Source: Paragordius varius (lineage: Eukaryota; Animalia; Nematomorpha). From it: a DNA stretch of 64,000 nucleotides. Below are positions 24,620-36,161 of this stretch, in pieces. Made by a program: the position numbers and the translations under genes. The stretch covers positions 11,904,001-11,968,000 of the forward strand of contig OZ176053.1 of NCBI GenBank assembly GCA_964247055.1. The letters are read 5' to 3'. The first letter of the stretch is position 1; each line of letters opens with the position of its first letter. Below the pieces are notes generated by a model. It was not told where the DNA came from, made no database searches, and was given only the letters and a program-made list of their open reading frames with translations.

Positions 24620-26088
24620 GAGGTGTCTCAACAAAAAATTATAAAGGGCAAAATAAAATATTTTTCTTGTATGCGCCGTTATATAATACCGAGGATAACT
24701 TGAGCACCTTTATTTATGTTCACATATTTATTTGGCACATCTTGCCAAAACTCCACATATCTTTCTTCGTTACGCATTTCTTAAATATAACTTCCAAATT
24801 GGAATCATTTTGAAAATCTACGAATTCTTCAATGATGTCTGATCAAAACCGAAATGCTTAAATTCCTTATATTGGATATATACACATGACATCAATTTTT
24901 AACGAGTTTTAAGCGATTTGTTATATTTCTTAATTTTTGAAATCTAAATTTCATCTCCAAGTTAAATGATTGTCTATTATTAAATTAATCTACCCGGTAA
25001 ATTCCATATTTTCTTCATAAATCGTTTTAAGTGTTGGAAAATATATGTCAAAAATTTTAAATATTTTTTGATGATTATGTTGTCGTTGAAAAATGGTGTT
25101 GCACTAATATTAGTGCTATAATCGATAGCAATACCATATTTGCCGTTTACAGCCAATAATGTGTTGTTAAAAATATATTTAGACATATCTTCAATGCGTG
25201 GAGCACATGTTGAATCAGAAAGTTAAAGTTTCTTAATCCTCCTTTTTATAATGGAATTTATCAAATAAAAAAGTGCAACCATTTATTAGATATTCTTTTA
25301 TTAGATAGAAATCATTAAACGGTTTTATATTTTTTCCTAAAATATAGCAAAATTCATACGAAGCTAATGTTACAGCGTTTTTCTGGAAAGCTATGGAAAT
25401 AAATTATGCTTTCTGGTATAATTCCTTTATCTTTAATTTTTTTCTATTTTTTCTCATGATTTTCTAATAATTTATGAGAATGACGTATTTTAGAATGTCA
25501 TTCAATATTTTATTTTTTTAGCTATGTTTTCCATACGTAACAACATTTTTTATTTAAAACAACAAAGAATTTTTCTTCCCATTCTTTTTTAAAGATGCGA
25601 TATTAATTGGATAATTTAAGTTTTTTAGCATTATATGTCATCCCTTGAAATTATGTTTAAATATTAATTATCATAAAATCGGAATATAATTTGAATGCTA
25701 TAAAAAAACAGGTCGAAATTTAATGATGTTGATTTGAAAAATATTTTATGGGAATGAGTTATGAAAAATGATGCAGGATAGCAAAGAAAAGAATTTGTAT
25801 ATGCAAGTTAGGGTGAAAGGCTTGCTTAAATACAAATACAATAATTTCAAAATAGAAAAGAAAATGAAATACAGAAACAACGTGTGCCAAAATTTTGAAA
25901 TTATTTTAATGTAGGGAATTTTTTATGCATTTCAAATTGGGTAAAAAATAAAAATTAACCAAATTAAAAGAGGAAATTCATTTATAAGTATTTTTTATTA
26001 TTTATCAATAAAAAAATTAAGGATATGGTCATAGAGAAATTTTAAAGCATTCTTAGGGCCGCAGGCTGCCCGCGGTTTGAGTATTACT
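24620..26088 (-). mobile_element. Heavily decayed hAT transposon relic
   Basis: Minus-strand fragments DIIEEFVDFQNDSNL and VEFWQDVPNKY resemble the hAT dimerisation domain; end at ~26050-26088 reads CCAGTAATACTCAAACCGCGGGCAGCCTGCGGCCC, a Charlie-like terminus. Confidence 0.45.
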
Positions 26089-26239
26089 GGTATATATGAA
26101 TTCGTACTCTATAATTACAGCCTTTAGAAATAAAAAAATTATAAGTGCGCTTTGCGAATTTTTATTCTAAGTAAAATGTTGGCTGATAAAATTTTTAGGA
26201 AAATATAATATGTATTTTTATTCATATATTCTTTGTTTC

Positions 26240-27636
26240 ATATCCCCGAACCTAAGATTTCTTACATGTTTAATAATACTTGACCAACTAACTTATACTT
26301 GATATACGTAGCTAAACTTATTAATTCTATTGATCGTATTAAATTAATTATCTTGTTGATTCCAACTGGTTAATTTTCGCAAGGATAACTGCTTTAATAT
26401 AACAGTCTCTTTAGATGTTGTATCACTTTTCACTAGAGTACCCAGATTAGAAGTTCTAATTTTAAACGATTTAACTAATAAAAGCTTACATTCGTATTCT
26501 AAAACTAACCCGCATCTGTCTTTATAATACCTCTTTTTTCTTTAACAATCAAGTCCAAACCCCATAGGCTCTATCGTTTCTCCGATTTTCACATATAATT
26601 TTATGGAAAGTTTTGAAAAACATACATTGGAATTGCTCCCCACGAAAGGTTGTGCAATTTTTGCCCTATAAATAGTTTTTAAAAGCATTATATTTACAAT
26701 GAAATATAATAATTTTTTAATGAGTTTTTTAGATAAAATGCTGACAAAAACCCCAGAGGGTAAATTCAATCACACGTACCGCAAACCAATACACACCAAC
26801 TTGTACCTCAACGCGTTCTCCCACAACCCTGTACATAAACAATCTGTAATCCGAACATTCATCTACAGAGCATATGATATCTACGATTCATCATCAGTCA
26901 AAACTTAGGTACAATTCTAAAATAATCTTTTAATCAAAATGGATATACTTCCAAACTTTTTGATCGAATATACTTCAAACATCCAAATCTAAATAATAAT
27001 AATAACAATGACTTTTCCACAGCTTGCTTGCCTTTTTTAACAATGTTACCACAAAAATTGGAAACATTTTGAATAAATTTGATAGTCGTACTCTAAATTA
27101 ATTAATTTAAAAGATTTAATCTCACGTTGCCACGTGTTCCAATGACCAAATATATTGGAGAAACTGGAATAATCATTATAAGGCTAACTCACTTATTCGC
27201 AATAATAAACCTTGGTCTATCAGAACATATATGCACAAAAGAGCACCAAATAATAAAAACAAAAGTAATCACGAAATCGATAACCCAATCAAGAGACACT
27301 ACACATACGTGAAGCAATAGAAATTAGGAAACGCAAAGCCAGTCTAAACAAAGACGTATCTTATTGTTGCGTCAATCTGGGACTACGCATTATATTAATA
27401 TTATAAATTAATACACATTATTTATTACATAATTTAACTATCGTAAGGGTAATTGATTCTTCCAGTATAATCTTATTTTTACTGTTTTTTTGTCGATTAC
27501 CTTTATCCGCACCTGTATAAGCATTTACCATTTCATACAGTATTTATTTGACAATGAGTGTACTATATTAAATTTTAATTTTATTTAATCTTTACTATTT
27601 TATATTTATTGTTTCTCGAGTCACCACAGTAACCAT
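26240..27636 (+). mobile_element. Penelope-like element relic (RT + GIY-YIG)
   Basis: RT motifs SLDVVSLFTRVP (~26405-26445) and YRKPIHTNLYL...K.SVIRTFIYRA (26699-26908), then GIY-YIG YIGETG (~27150); an inverted GET-containing segment at ~26540-26700. Confidence 0.8.
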
Positions 27637-27779
27637 AAGACATTTGAGCTAATTCGGTTTAAGCCATTTGCATAACCCTAAATATCGCCTTAAATTTACA
27701 TATATATATATATATATATATATGGTATGAGAACATGATAATTTATTGTTATACGTTGAAAATTATTAATCACTTTCAA

Positions 27780-30700
27780 AATTGGTCAAAAATGTTATAC
27801 ATTGGATATGTGTTTTAAATAATATCTCACATAAATGACATAACAAACCGTTTATTAATAATATAATGCATAGAAAAAAAAATATGTAGAATTAACATAA
27901 TGAGGGTGCATACTTTTTGAAATTTTTATCACTTATGAAATATACAAATATAGTACAAGTGTGAAATAATAATTCTAATATATCAGAGAAATCGATTACA
28001 ATTTCATCCAAAATTCGTTCTCGGGCAGCAATTAAGATAAAGTTTGGTAATTGACAGATGCAAAATAATAAATAATATATTATATTTGACAAAATTTTTT
28101 TATTAAAATTTGCACTTGGAGTGTTATTTGTTTTACCCAAATTTATTTGACTAATTTCATATTTTCTGATATTGATACGAGAAATAAAATTTATCCTCCC
28201 AAACTTTTTAAAATGGCATTTGTTATTGAGCTTAGCCAATAAAATACACGTCTTTACACCATAATAAACGCCTAAACTAGGTAAAATGTATAAAACAACC
28301 ATGCGAAAGATGTCATATTTTTTGACCCAAGCATATTTAAAAACTTCCAATATAAAATATATAGGAAACTGTTCTATTCCAAATTTACCCGATATTTTTA
28401 CGTTGCAGGAAACTACATCGTGCCAAAAAAGGGTTGAAAATGATAAAGAAATTCCCACCACAAGGCTAATGAAAAGTATTATTTTTTTCCGAAATACATA
28501 ATTCATCATACCACTTGATTGATATTGTTTTAATGTGTGCAGTAAAGATATATATTGACTGCGCAACATAAACACTAAGCTGATAGATGAAGCTGCGACT
28601 AATCCATTATAGAGGAAGAGTAAAACATGGAACCATTTCAACCAAATCCAACTATGTACAAATGGGTATCCCCGCATTAACACGGGTAACAATTGTAGAT
28701 TAGAGATTAAGCTAATTAGGCTTAACACAAAGTTTAATTGTCTGACAAACGAGAGATGAGAATAATACGTTTGGCAAGCAGGCATTTTCATGTTCAAGCG
28801 TATGCGTCGTAAAATAACTGACCCAACAAAGTTTCCTATAGTCCCAATTGTTAAAAGAGTACAAAATATTCCACTAGTAAGGTATGATTGAAGGCCTGTT
28901 TTTGGAAATAACCAATTTGACCGATCGGTGCAATTGATCTCATTATGATTGGCCAGCAAATTGTTGACGTATTTCCTTTTGTATTGAATATCCATATCAA
29001 TCACGATAGTGTAAATAATATTAAGAAGTTTATTAACTGGGAAACATAATAATATATATCTTAATTACTTCTTTTTAATATAACACCTTAATTAATTATT
29101 AATGACACTCACTGTTGTTATTTTTAAAAGTACTTCTCTGTTTTATATCTAGGAATCTAGTGTCGGAAAATTTTGGACGATTGGGAATCATAGCATGCCC
29201 TATAGACCAATAACTCATTGGAGCTTCATAGCGATGTCTGTCTGGAGTTTGGGTTTGATGTTAGTATTTGGTTATTAAGCTAAAGCCGTTTGTTAGGGTT
29301 ATAAGTTAGTATAATTAATAAGATATTTAAAAAATGTACACAAAAAAAATCTTGATGAACAATATATTTCTGTTAAAAAATGCAGCAGGAGTCTCATCAT
29401 GCTTCTAATTTTAAGCCTAGAGTCATTTAGGAAAAATGTTTACACTTTGGAAAATGGCAAAATTTGCTCACATTATACATTATAAATATTTTTTGGTATT
29501 TTAAAAAAATATCATCTAAATATCATAAACTAAATATAGAAAAATTATATTAAATATTTATTTTCAAATTTTGGTATCGAAAGTCTCATATCTTTAGACT
29601 TTTTTCCTAAATTCAAATGACCTGATGACTTGGCGCTATCTGAATATTTACATCTAGATCATAGCCAAGTTTTTTTGCTTGAAAATTTTATTTTGAAATC
29701 GCATTTTAGTTGCCTCAAAACTATACTGGCTAAGTTTTAAAAACATTTGATATTATAGGCCATATGTGTGTGAGCAATACCGAATTTGTTAATCTACGGA
29801 CAAACTAAAAGCTTTAACAAATATGAAAACAAGAAATCTTTGTGTGGAGATGTTTTAGCCAAACGATATATTATCTAAATGAAGTTTCGTATATTAAATT
29901 GACAAAATCAATCTCGAACCATAAAATTTCTTATGCCAGCATAATGAGGAAAACAATATGCGTTTTAGGAATAATTTGTGAAATTATTATAAAAAAACTG
30001 AAGATTTTGTAATAATGTTTTCTCAACGATTAAATTCACATTGTTGTTCTCGACACACATCAGAATTTGTTTTAGTTTATACGTGAGTGATTATTACTAA
30101 ATTTTAATTAGCTCACCGAACCCACAAACTAGCTTTCACATTACAAATCTGGGCTTCGGAAAATTTTTTAAGCATGTTCCTAAAATAAATTTTGTTTGCC
30201 AATATTTTAAGAATCAATTAATTAATAACACATATGTATCCTATCTATTATCAAAATTTAATATCGATTAACTGGTGAAACTATGCTCAACCTTTGAACC
30301 GCATTTACCCGCAACGCTCTCAGCGCGGACCGGAAGTTTTTCCACCACACTCATTAACATATTTATTAAAAAATAACTAATTTGAATATATTTTTTTACT
30401 AAAGCTTTGATATGTGTAAATATTGTAATTCTTTCGAACAGTGTAAATATTTATAAATAAATGGCTTTGAACTATTTTTACCAAGAATGTCATATAACAA
30501 TTTCAATGTTTATTTATGCTAAGCTTAACTAAGAATTTTAAATTATCTCCTTGTCCCGTAGCAAAAATATATTAGAAATCGGTCTCAGATTCCAATTATT
30601 TATTTCCATATATATATATATATATATATACACCAAAAAATTGCGAAATAATAACATAATAGCATACGTCGTAATCCTTTATTTTAAGAATAATTATTTT

Positions 30701-32120
30701 ATTTGTATGAACAAAAACAATTAGCTGTTGATCTACAACATTTTCTGATTCAAAATAAGTCTTACTTTTAAATTATCAAATTTATCTTAATCTAAATCAA
30801 TTTATTTCCATAATGCGTGAAACCATTATATTGTCTGAATATACAAAAGTTGACACCTTCTCTGTAAATAATTTTTAACACTTTACATTTTCATTTTTCT
30901 ATCGCGATGACATTTTGGGGTAGTTTTTTCTCAAAGCTTGAAGTAGTAAACAAACTACTGTTTTGAAAGTTTTGGTTAAATTATTAAACCTCTGTTCTAT
31001 CAGAAAAAAATATATCTAAACCATTTTTTCAACTTGCAGAGTTCCAAATTCAGATACCAAAACAAGATTGAAGCGAAAAGTTAAAAAATTAATAAATTAA
31101 TATTCTCATGATAAAAGCGGCTTAAAATTAATTATTTATATTTTTTAACCACCACAGTATACATTTACACGCCTTTTCACAATTTAAAGAGTAAAGATAG
31201 AAAATGGTGAGAAAATTGAAATTTTATTTTATATTTTTTAAAAAAAACGCGCCTTACAGGCTAAAGAAAGCATACTTATAAAATTGGTCCGATGTTACAA
31301 ATATTTAAGATATTCAATTTTATAACCCCGGGCTATAAATATATTTCAATGAGGGATACATCAAAACTAAAAGCATCATGAAATACTGATATTATCGGAT
31401 GTGCAGACCGTAATTTGTTATTCTTTATCATCATATATCTCTAACTATCGAAATGTGTTATGCATTCATTCAATATAAAATTTATTTTTTTCATTCACAA
31501 TTTAGCCAGGATTTTGCCCTTATTATTTGCATTTACTATATTTATCATTTAATTTTATCAATATTTTCTACAATTTTTTTTCTTCTAAAATAAACTAAAA
31601 AACTCATAAATATAAATAAAATTCTTGCGTGCCCCGATATTTTTTAAAAAACATTTCTGCTATTATACATATTATATATTGAAGTTAAGGGTCCATAATG
31701 AATTATTTATAGTCCTAAAATGAGTCAATCGCAAAACAGCGTTTAACTTAAATGTGATATTAAATGACATATTAAATGCATTGGGACATTTCTAACATGA
31801 TTATAATATTATATTATCGATTAATGATTGTTACATCATACAACATAAATTATTAAAAAGCAAAAATCAAAATCTTTTTTATCTTTTAATTCTATTTAAG
31901 AAGGAATGATCCTATGTTACATAATATAATACACACAGCGTCCATAATGAAATATATATATTCTAATAGGAAAATATATCAAGATTATCATGGTGCTCTG
32001 AGTTTTGACCCTTATAAACACCCCATGATTTTTGGTGTGGTTTTATACCCCATAAACATAAAAATTTATATATCTAGTATTGGGTCAAATTTAAGAATAA
32101 ACTTTTTTAGTCTTTAAGGC
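27780..32120. repeat. Segmental duplication copy A (partner 34365-38610)
   Basis: Colinear similarity from the GPCR 3' flank through ~3 kb of upstream sequence; both copies end TTTTTAG.CTTTAAGG. Confidence 0.8.
27892..29004 (-). CDS. Intronless 7TM class-A (peptide-receptor-like) GPCR, paralog A, 370 aa
   Basis: Seven hydrophobic segments; TM1 IGTIGN; TM3 end SQYISLLH (where ERY...HP is usual); TM5 proline (YILP); TM6 FCICQLPN; TM7 TIFVYFISDKNFKK. Confidence 0.8.
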   Translation of the reverse strand: MIDMDIQYKRKYVNNLLANHNEINCTDRSNWLFPKTGLQSYLTSGIFCTLLTIGTIGNFVGSVILRRIRLNMKMPACQTYYSHLSFVRQLNFVLSLISLISNLQLLPVLMRGYPFVHSWIWLKWFHVLLFLYNGLVAASSISLVFMLRSQYISLLHTLKQYQSSGMMNYVFRKKIILFISLVVGISLSFSTLFWHDVVSCNVKISGKFGIEQFPIYFILEVFKYAWVKKYDIFRMVVLYILPSLGVYYGVKTCILLAKLNNKCHFKKFGRINFISRINIRKYEISQINLGKTNNTPSANFNKKILSNIIYYLLFCICQLPNFILIAARERILDEIVIDFSDILELLFHTCTIFVYFISDKNFKKYAPSLC

Positions 32121-33275
32121 GAATATAGATAACCTTCACTGCAGTGGTTCCCAACCTTTTTTTTGATCATGATTAACCAAATTAAAATACAATCTTGCCC
32201 AACTGCCCTTCTTCCCAAAAAACAAAGATAAAAATACAAAATTTATTATATTATAAAAATCAAAATCAATCAGATGCTTGTAGCTGCAATTTTTGAAATA
32301 TTTTTTCCATATAGGGGACAGATCATATGCACCTGCTTCTTAACCTTCAATTTGTTTTGTTTTATTTTTTAATTAAATCAAGGCTGAGAATCCAGTTTTA
32401 CATAAACATGTTGATCTAAAATGTATCGAATCCGTAAGGCAATTGGAGATAATTTTGGATACAGATTATCCGCTTTTATCCAATTTTCGATATTATGGTT
32501 AGTAAACTAATTTGTCATAATTGGATCAAATTTCAGCTCGACAGTCTTTTCCTCTACTTCTATCGGGATGCTCACATCTTAACTCTATTTTATTTTTTTA
32601 TATTATAATATTTAGAACCAGTTAAGGAAAAGATTAGATACAGATGTGTGGATTTAGTTCTAATTCCCAATACTGTAACTTTATAATTTAAATTAAATAA
32701 TATTAAAAAAAACCAATTATCAAATAATAGTAAACATTACGTTTATTTACATAAAATTAAGGTTTTCCAGAATTTTCGCGCATCTCACTGATTTACAATA
32801 TACAGTCGACCACTGTAGCACATACATCCACCCCTGCTTTCAAATATCATATATCTCCTTACTCTACTGATACAAAATGATTTTGTATTCTCATATTTGT
32901 TAAAGATTGTATATGTCCATAAATCATACCTTAGGATTAATTAAAAATTATTTGATATTATAGCCATGTGAACGTAAACAGTTCCTAATTTGATTATTTG
33001 AATGAGCCGTATAAATACGGCTGACAACAATTTGTAAAATCGATATTTTCTATTTGTTTTTTTATTCTAAAATTTCTGATTTCATTAAGCACCGAAAGAG
33101 TGGCTTAAAATTTCCCATTTTGAACCATAAGACGTTTGAACTAACTCGATTTGAGCCATTAAAGGCTCATTTATTTAACCCTAAATATTACCTTAGTCTT
33201 CATACATATAATTTTACATGAGTGTTCGAACATGACAATTTATTGTTATAATTGGAAATTTTTAATCCCACTTAA

Positions 33276-34362
33276 ACAGTGTACAAAAAAAATATTATGA
33301 TGAAATATATATATTTAAGAGAAAAATGTTTCGGGCTCGTGGTGAATAAAGTTATCACTTTTGTGGTAAGTGCTCCATATCAGAAAATGGCGAAATTGGA
33401 ACACATTTTTCTCATAAATTTTTTTAATGAAAGCTAAGTGCTTCATTCCAAAAATATCACTATAATATGTCATAAACTATTTATAAAAAGCAAAACAATA
33501 TTTTTATAATATTTTAATTTTAGATGTGGCTCCGAAAATCCCAAATTTTTAAAATTTAAGTTTTAGCAAAATTTGATGAAGCGTAAATAATTATTTTTTA
33601 GGCATGATGAAAACGATATAAAAACGCTTTTTTTATATAATTTGATGATGCTGAACATTTCTTTGAATTTTGATTAAAATATACGTTTGTCTTCAAATAT
33701 ATGTCTCAAATATAAATTGGTATTATATAAAAATTTACCAAAATTTGAAAATAAGGGGATTATTAAAATTCTGAAGCGATAGATATGTTCAGCATCATCA
33801 AATTATAAAAAAAAGTTTTTTTACAATATCCGAAAGCGTTTTTATACCGTTTCCATCATGCTTAAAAATAGCAGAAACTACGTTTCAACAAAATTTCGCT
33901 AAAAATTGAGTTTTTCTAAAAGTATGCATTTTTTAAAAAATATTTATTTTTGATGTCAAAATTTAGCATATATATAATTTTATTGCTAAATCCGGCCTTT
34001 TTGCCTTTATTTTTAAAGAACTATTTATATAAGAGCAAAATTAAAGGCTTTCGGGGTCCAATCTAAAATTAAGATATTATAAAACTATTTATTGCTTTGA
34101 TTTTTATGAGTAGTTTATGAATATTTTAGTGATATTTTTTGGAATGAAGCATTTAGCTTCATCAAAAAAAATTATTATAAAAAATGTGGTCAAATTTTTC
34201 AATTTTCTCAAACGGACCACCTACCACAAGTGTAAATAACTTTCTTATATCACTCCTAAGGGCCAAAATCATAAGCACCATGATACTCCTAATTCATTTC
34301 TCTATCTGAATATATTTATTTCATCAAGATTTTTTTTCATGACCCCCGATTTTGTACACTGT
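33276..34362. mobile_element. Tc1/mariner-like MITE with long inverted arms
   Basis: TIR ACAGTGTACAAAA/TTTTGTACACTGT plus ~300-bp imperfect subterminal inverted repeats; lies between the two duplication copies. Confidence 0.7.
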
Positions 34363-34459
34363 GTAATTGGTACAAAAATGTTGTCTCCGTTGGATATGTG
34401 TTTTAAAAAAATATCTCACATAAATGACATAAATATAATGTATAAAAAAATATATTGAA

Positions 34460-35560
34460 TCAAAATAATGAGGCATACTTTTTGAAATTTTTATCACTTA
34501 TAAAATACAAAAATATGGTACAAGTGTGAAATAATAATTCTAGTATATCGGAAAAATCGATTACAATGATATCTAAAATTTGTTCTCGGGCAGCAATTAT
34601 AATAAAGTTTGGTAATTGACAGATGCAAAATAATAAATAATATATTATATTTGACAAAATTTTTTTATTAAAATTTGCACTTGGAGTATTATTTGTTTTA
34701 CCCAAATTAATTTGACTAATTTCATATTTTCTCGTTTTGATATGAGGAATAAAATTTATCCTCCCAAATTTTTTTATGTGGCATTTGTTATTGAGTTTAG
34801 CCAATAAAATACAGGTTTTCACACCATAATATAAAACGCCTAAACTAGGTAAAATGTACAAAACAACCATGCGAAAGATATCATATTTTTTGACCCAAGC
34901 ATATTTAAAAACTTCCGATTCAAAATATATAGGAAGCTGTTCTATTCCAAATTTACCCGATATTTTTACGTTGCAGGAAACTACATCGTACCAAAAAAGG
35001 GTTGAAAATGATAAAGAAATTCCCACCACAAGGCTAATGAAAAGTATTATTTTTTTCCGAAATACATAATTCATCATAACACTTGATTGATATTGTTTTA
35101 ATGGGTGCAGTAAAGATATATATTGACTGCGCAACATAAACACTAAGCTGATAGATGAAGCTGCGACTAATCCATTATAGAGGAAGAGTAAAACATGGAA
35201 CCATTTCAACCAAATCCAACTATATACAAATGGGTATCCCCGCAAGAGCTCGGGTAACATTTGTAGGTTAGAGACTAAGCCAATAAGGCTCAACGCAAAG
35301 TTTAATTGTATAACAAAAGAGAGATAAGAATAATACGTTTGGCAAGCAGGCATTTTCATGTTCAAACGTATGCGCCGTAAAATAATTGATCCAACAAAAT
35401 TTCCTATAGTCCCGATTGCTAAAAGAGTACAAAATATTCCAACAGTAAGGTATGATTGAGGGCCTTTATTCCTGAAGAACCAATGTTGATTTGTGCAATT
35501 AATCCTCTTATGATTGACCAGTAAATTGTTGATGTAATTTCTTTTGTATTGAATATCCAT
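34460..35560 (-). CDS. Intronless 7TM class-A GPCR-like, paralog B, 366 aa
   Basis: Intact ORF, colinear with paralog A, same motifs (SQYISLLHPL). Confidence 0.8.
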   Translation of the reverse strand: MDIQYKRNYINNLLVNHKRINCTNQHWFFRNKGPQSYLTVGIFCTLLAIGTIGNFVGSIILRRIRLNMKMPACQTYYSYLSFVIQLNFALSLIGLVSNLQMLPELLRGYPFVYSWIWLKWFHVLLFLYNGLVAASSISLVFMLRSQYISLLHPLKQYQSSVMMNYVFRKKIILFISLVVGISLSFSTLFWYDVVSCNVKISGKFGIEQLPIYFESEVFKYAWVKKYDIFRMVVLYILPSLGVLYYGVKTCILLAKLNNKCHIKKFGRINFIPHIKTRKYEISQINLGKTNNTPSANFNKKILSNIIYYLLFCICQLPNFIIIAAREQILDIIVIDFSDILELLFHTCTIFLYFISDKNFKKYASLF

Positions 35561-35855
35561 ATTTCACGATGGTGTTTATTAGAATATTAAGTTTATTATC
35601 TGGGAAACATGAGAATATCTCATTTTGCTTCTTTTAAATGACACCAAATTAATTATTTATAATTTGCCGTTGCTATTAATAATTTATTTTATATCAAGGA
35701 GCACTTTAGTTATCGGAAATTTTTTGGACTTGGCAATCATGACATGCCTTATCGACCCTTAACTCATGCTTCATAGCGACGTACATCTGGAGTTTGGGTT
35801 TAATTTAGTTATTTTAAATTATTACCTAACGCTATAATATTTTTCACATCTAGAT

Positions 35856-36161
35856 CAAGAGTAGACAACACAAATGGCTTTGCGGCCACATTTTAAAATC
35901 AAAAAATCTGACGAGCCGCATTCGCAAAATACATGGGAATTGACAATTCTTTTATTACATTTCAAACATAGGACTGTAAAATTTTTTATTTATTTTAACA
36001 ATTTATACTAATTCATTGCCAAAATTCGGTGCGATTTATTCAGAATATTTGTTTAAAATCAATTTGACCTATTTTGTGAAATTTTGATTTTAACTTTCTA
36101 GATGCAAAAAGTATTTTGGACGGCCGCATGCGGCAGGGTGGGTGCATGTTGGCCAGTCCTG
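35856..36161. mobile_element. hAT-type MITE
   Basis: Imperfect TIR CAAGAGTAGACAAC/GTTGGCCAGTCCTG; 8-bp TSD ATCTAGAT/ATTTAGAT; the matching site in copy A (~29650) is empty. Confidence 0.75.

Noticed and set aside
29150-29290. Plus-strand exon with a GNH(S/D) metallophosphoesterase-like motif
   Set aside because: Copy B is frameshifted, copy C has a stop, no further exons were found; better explained as part of the conserved GPCR upstream block.
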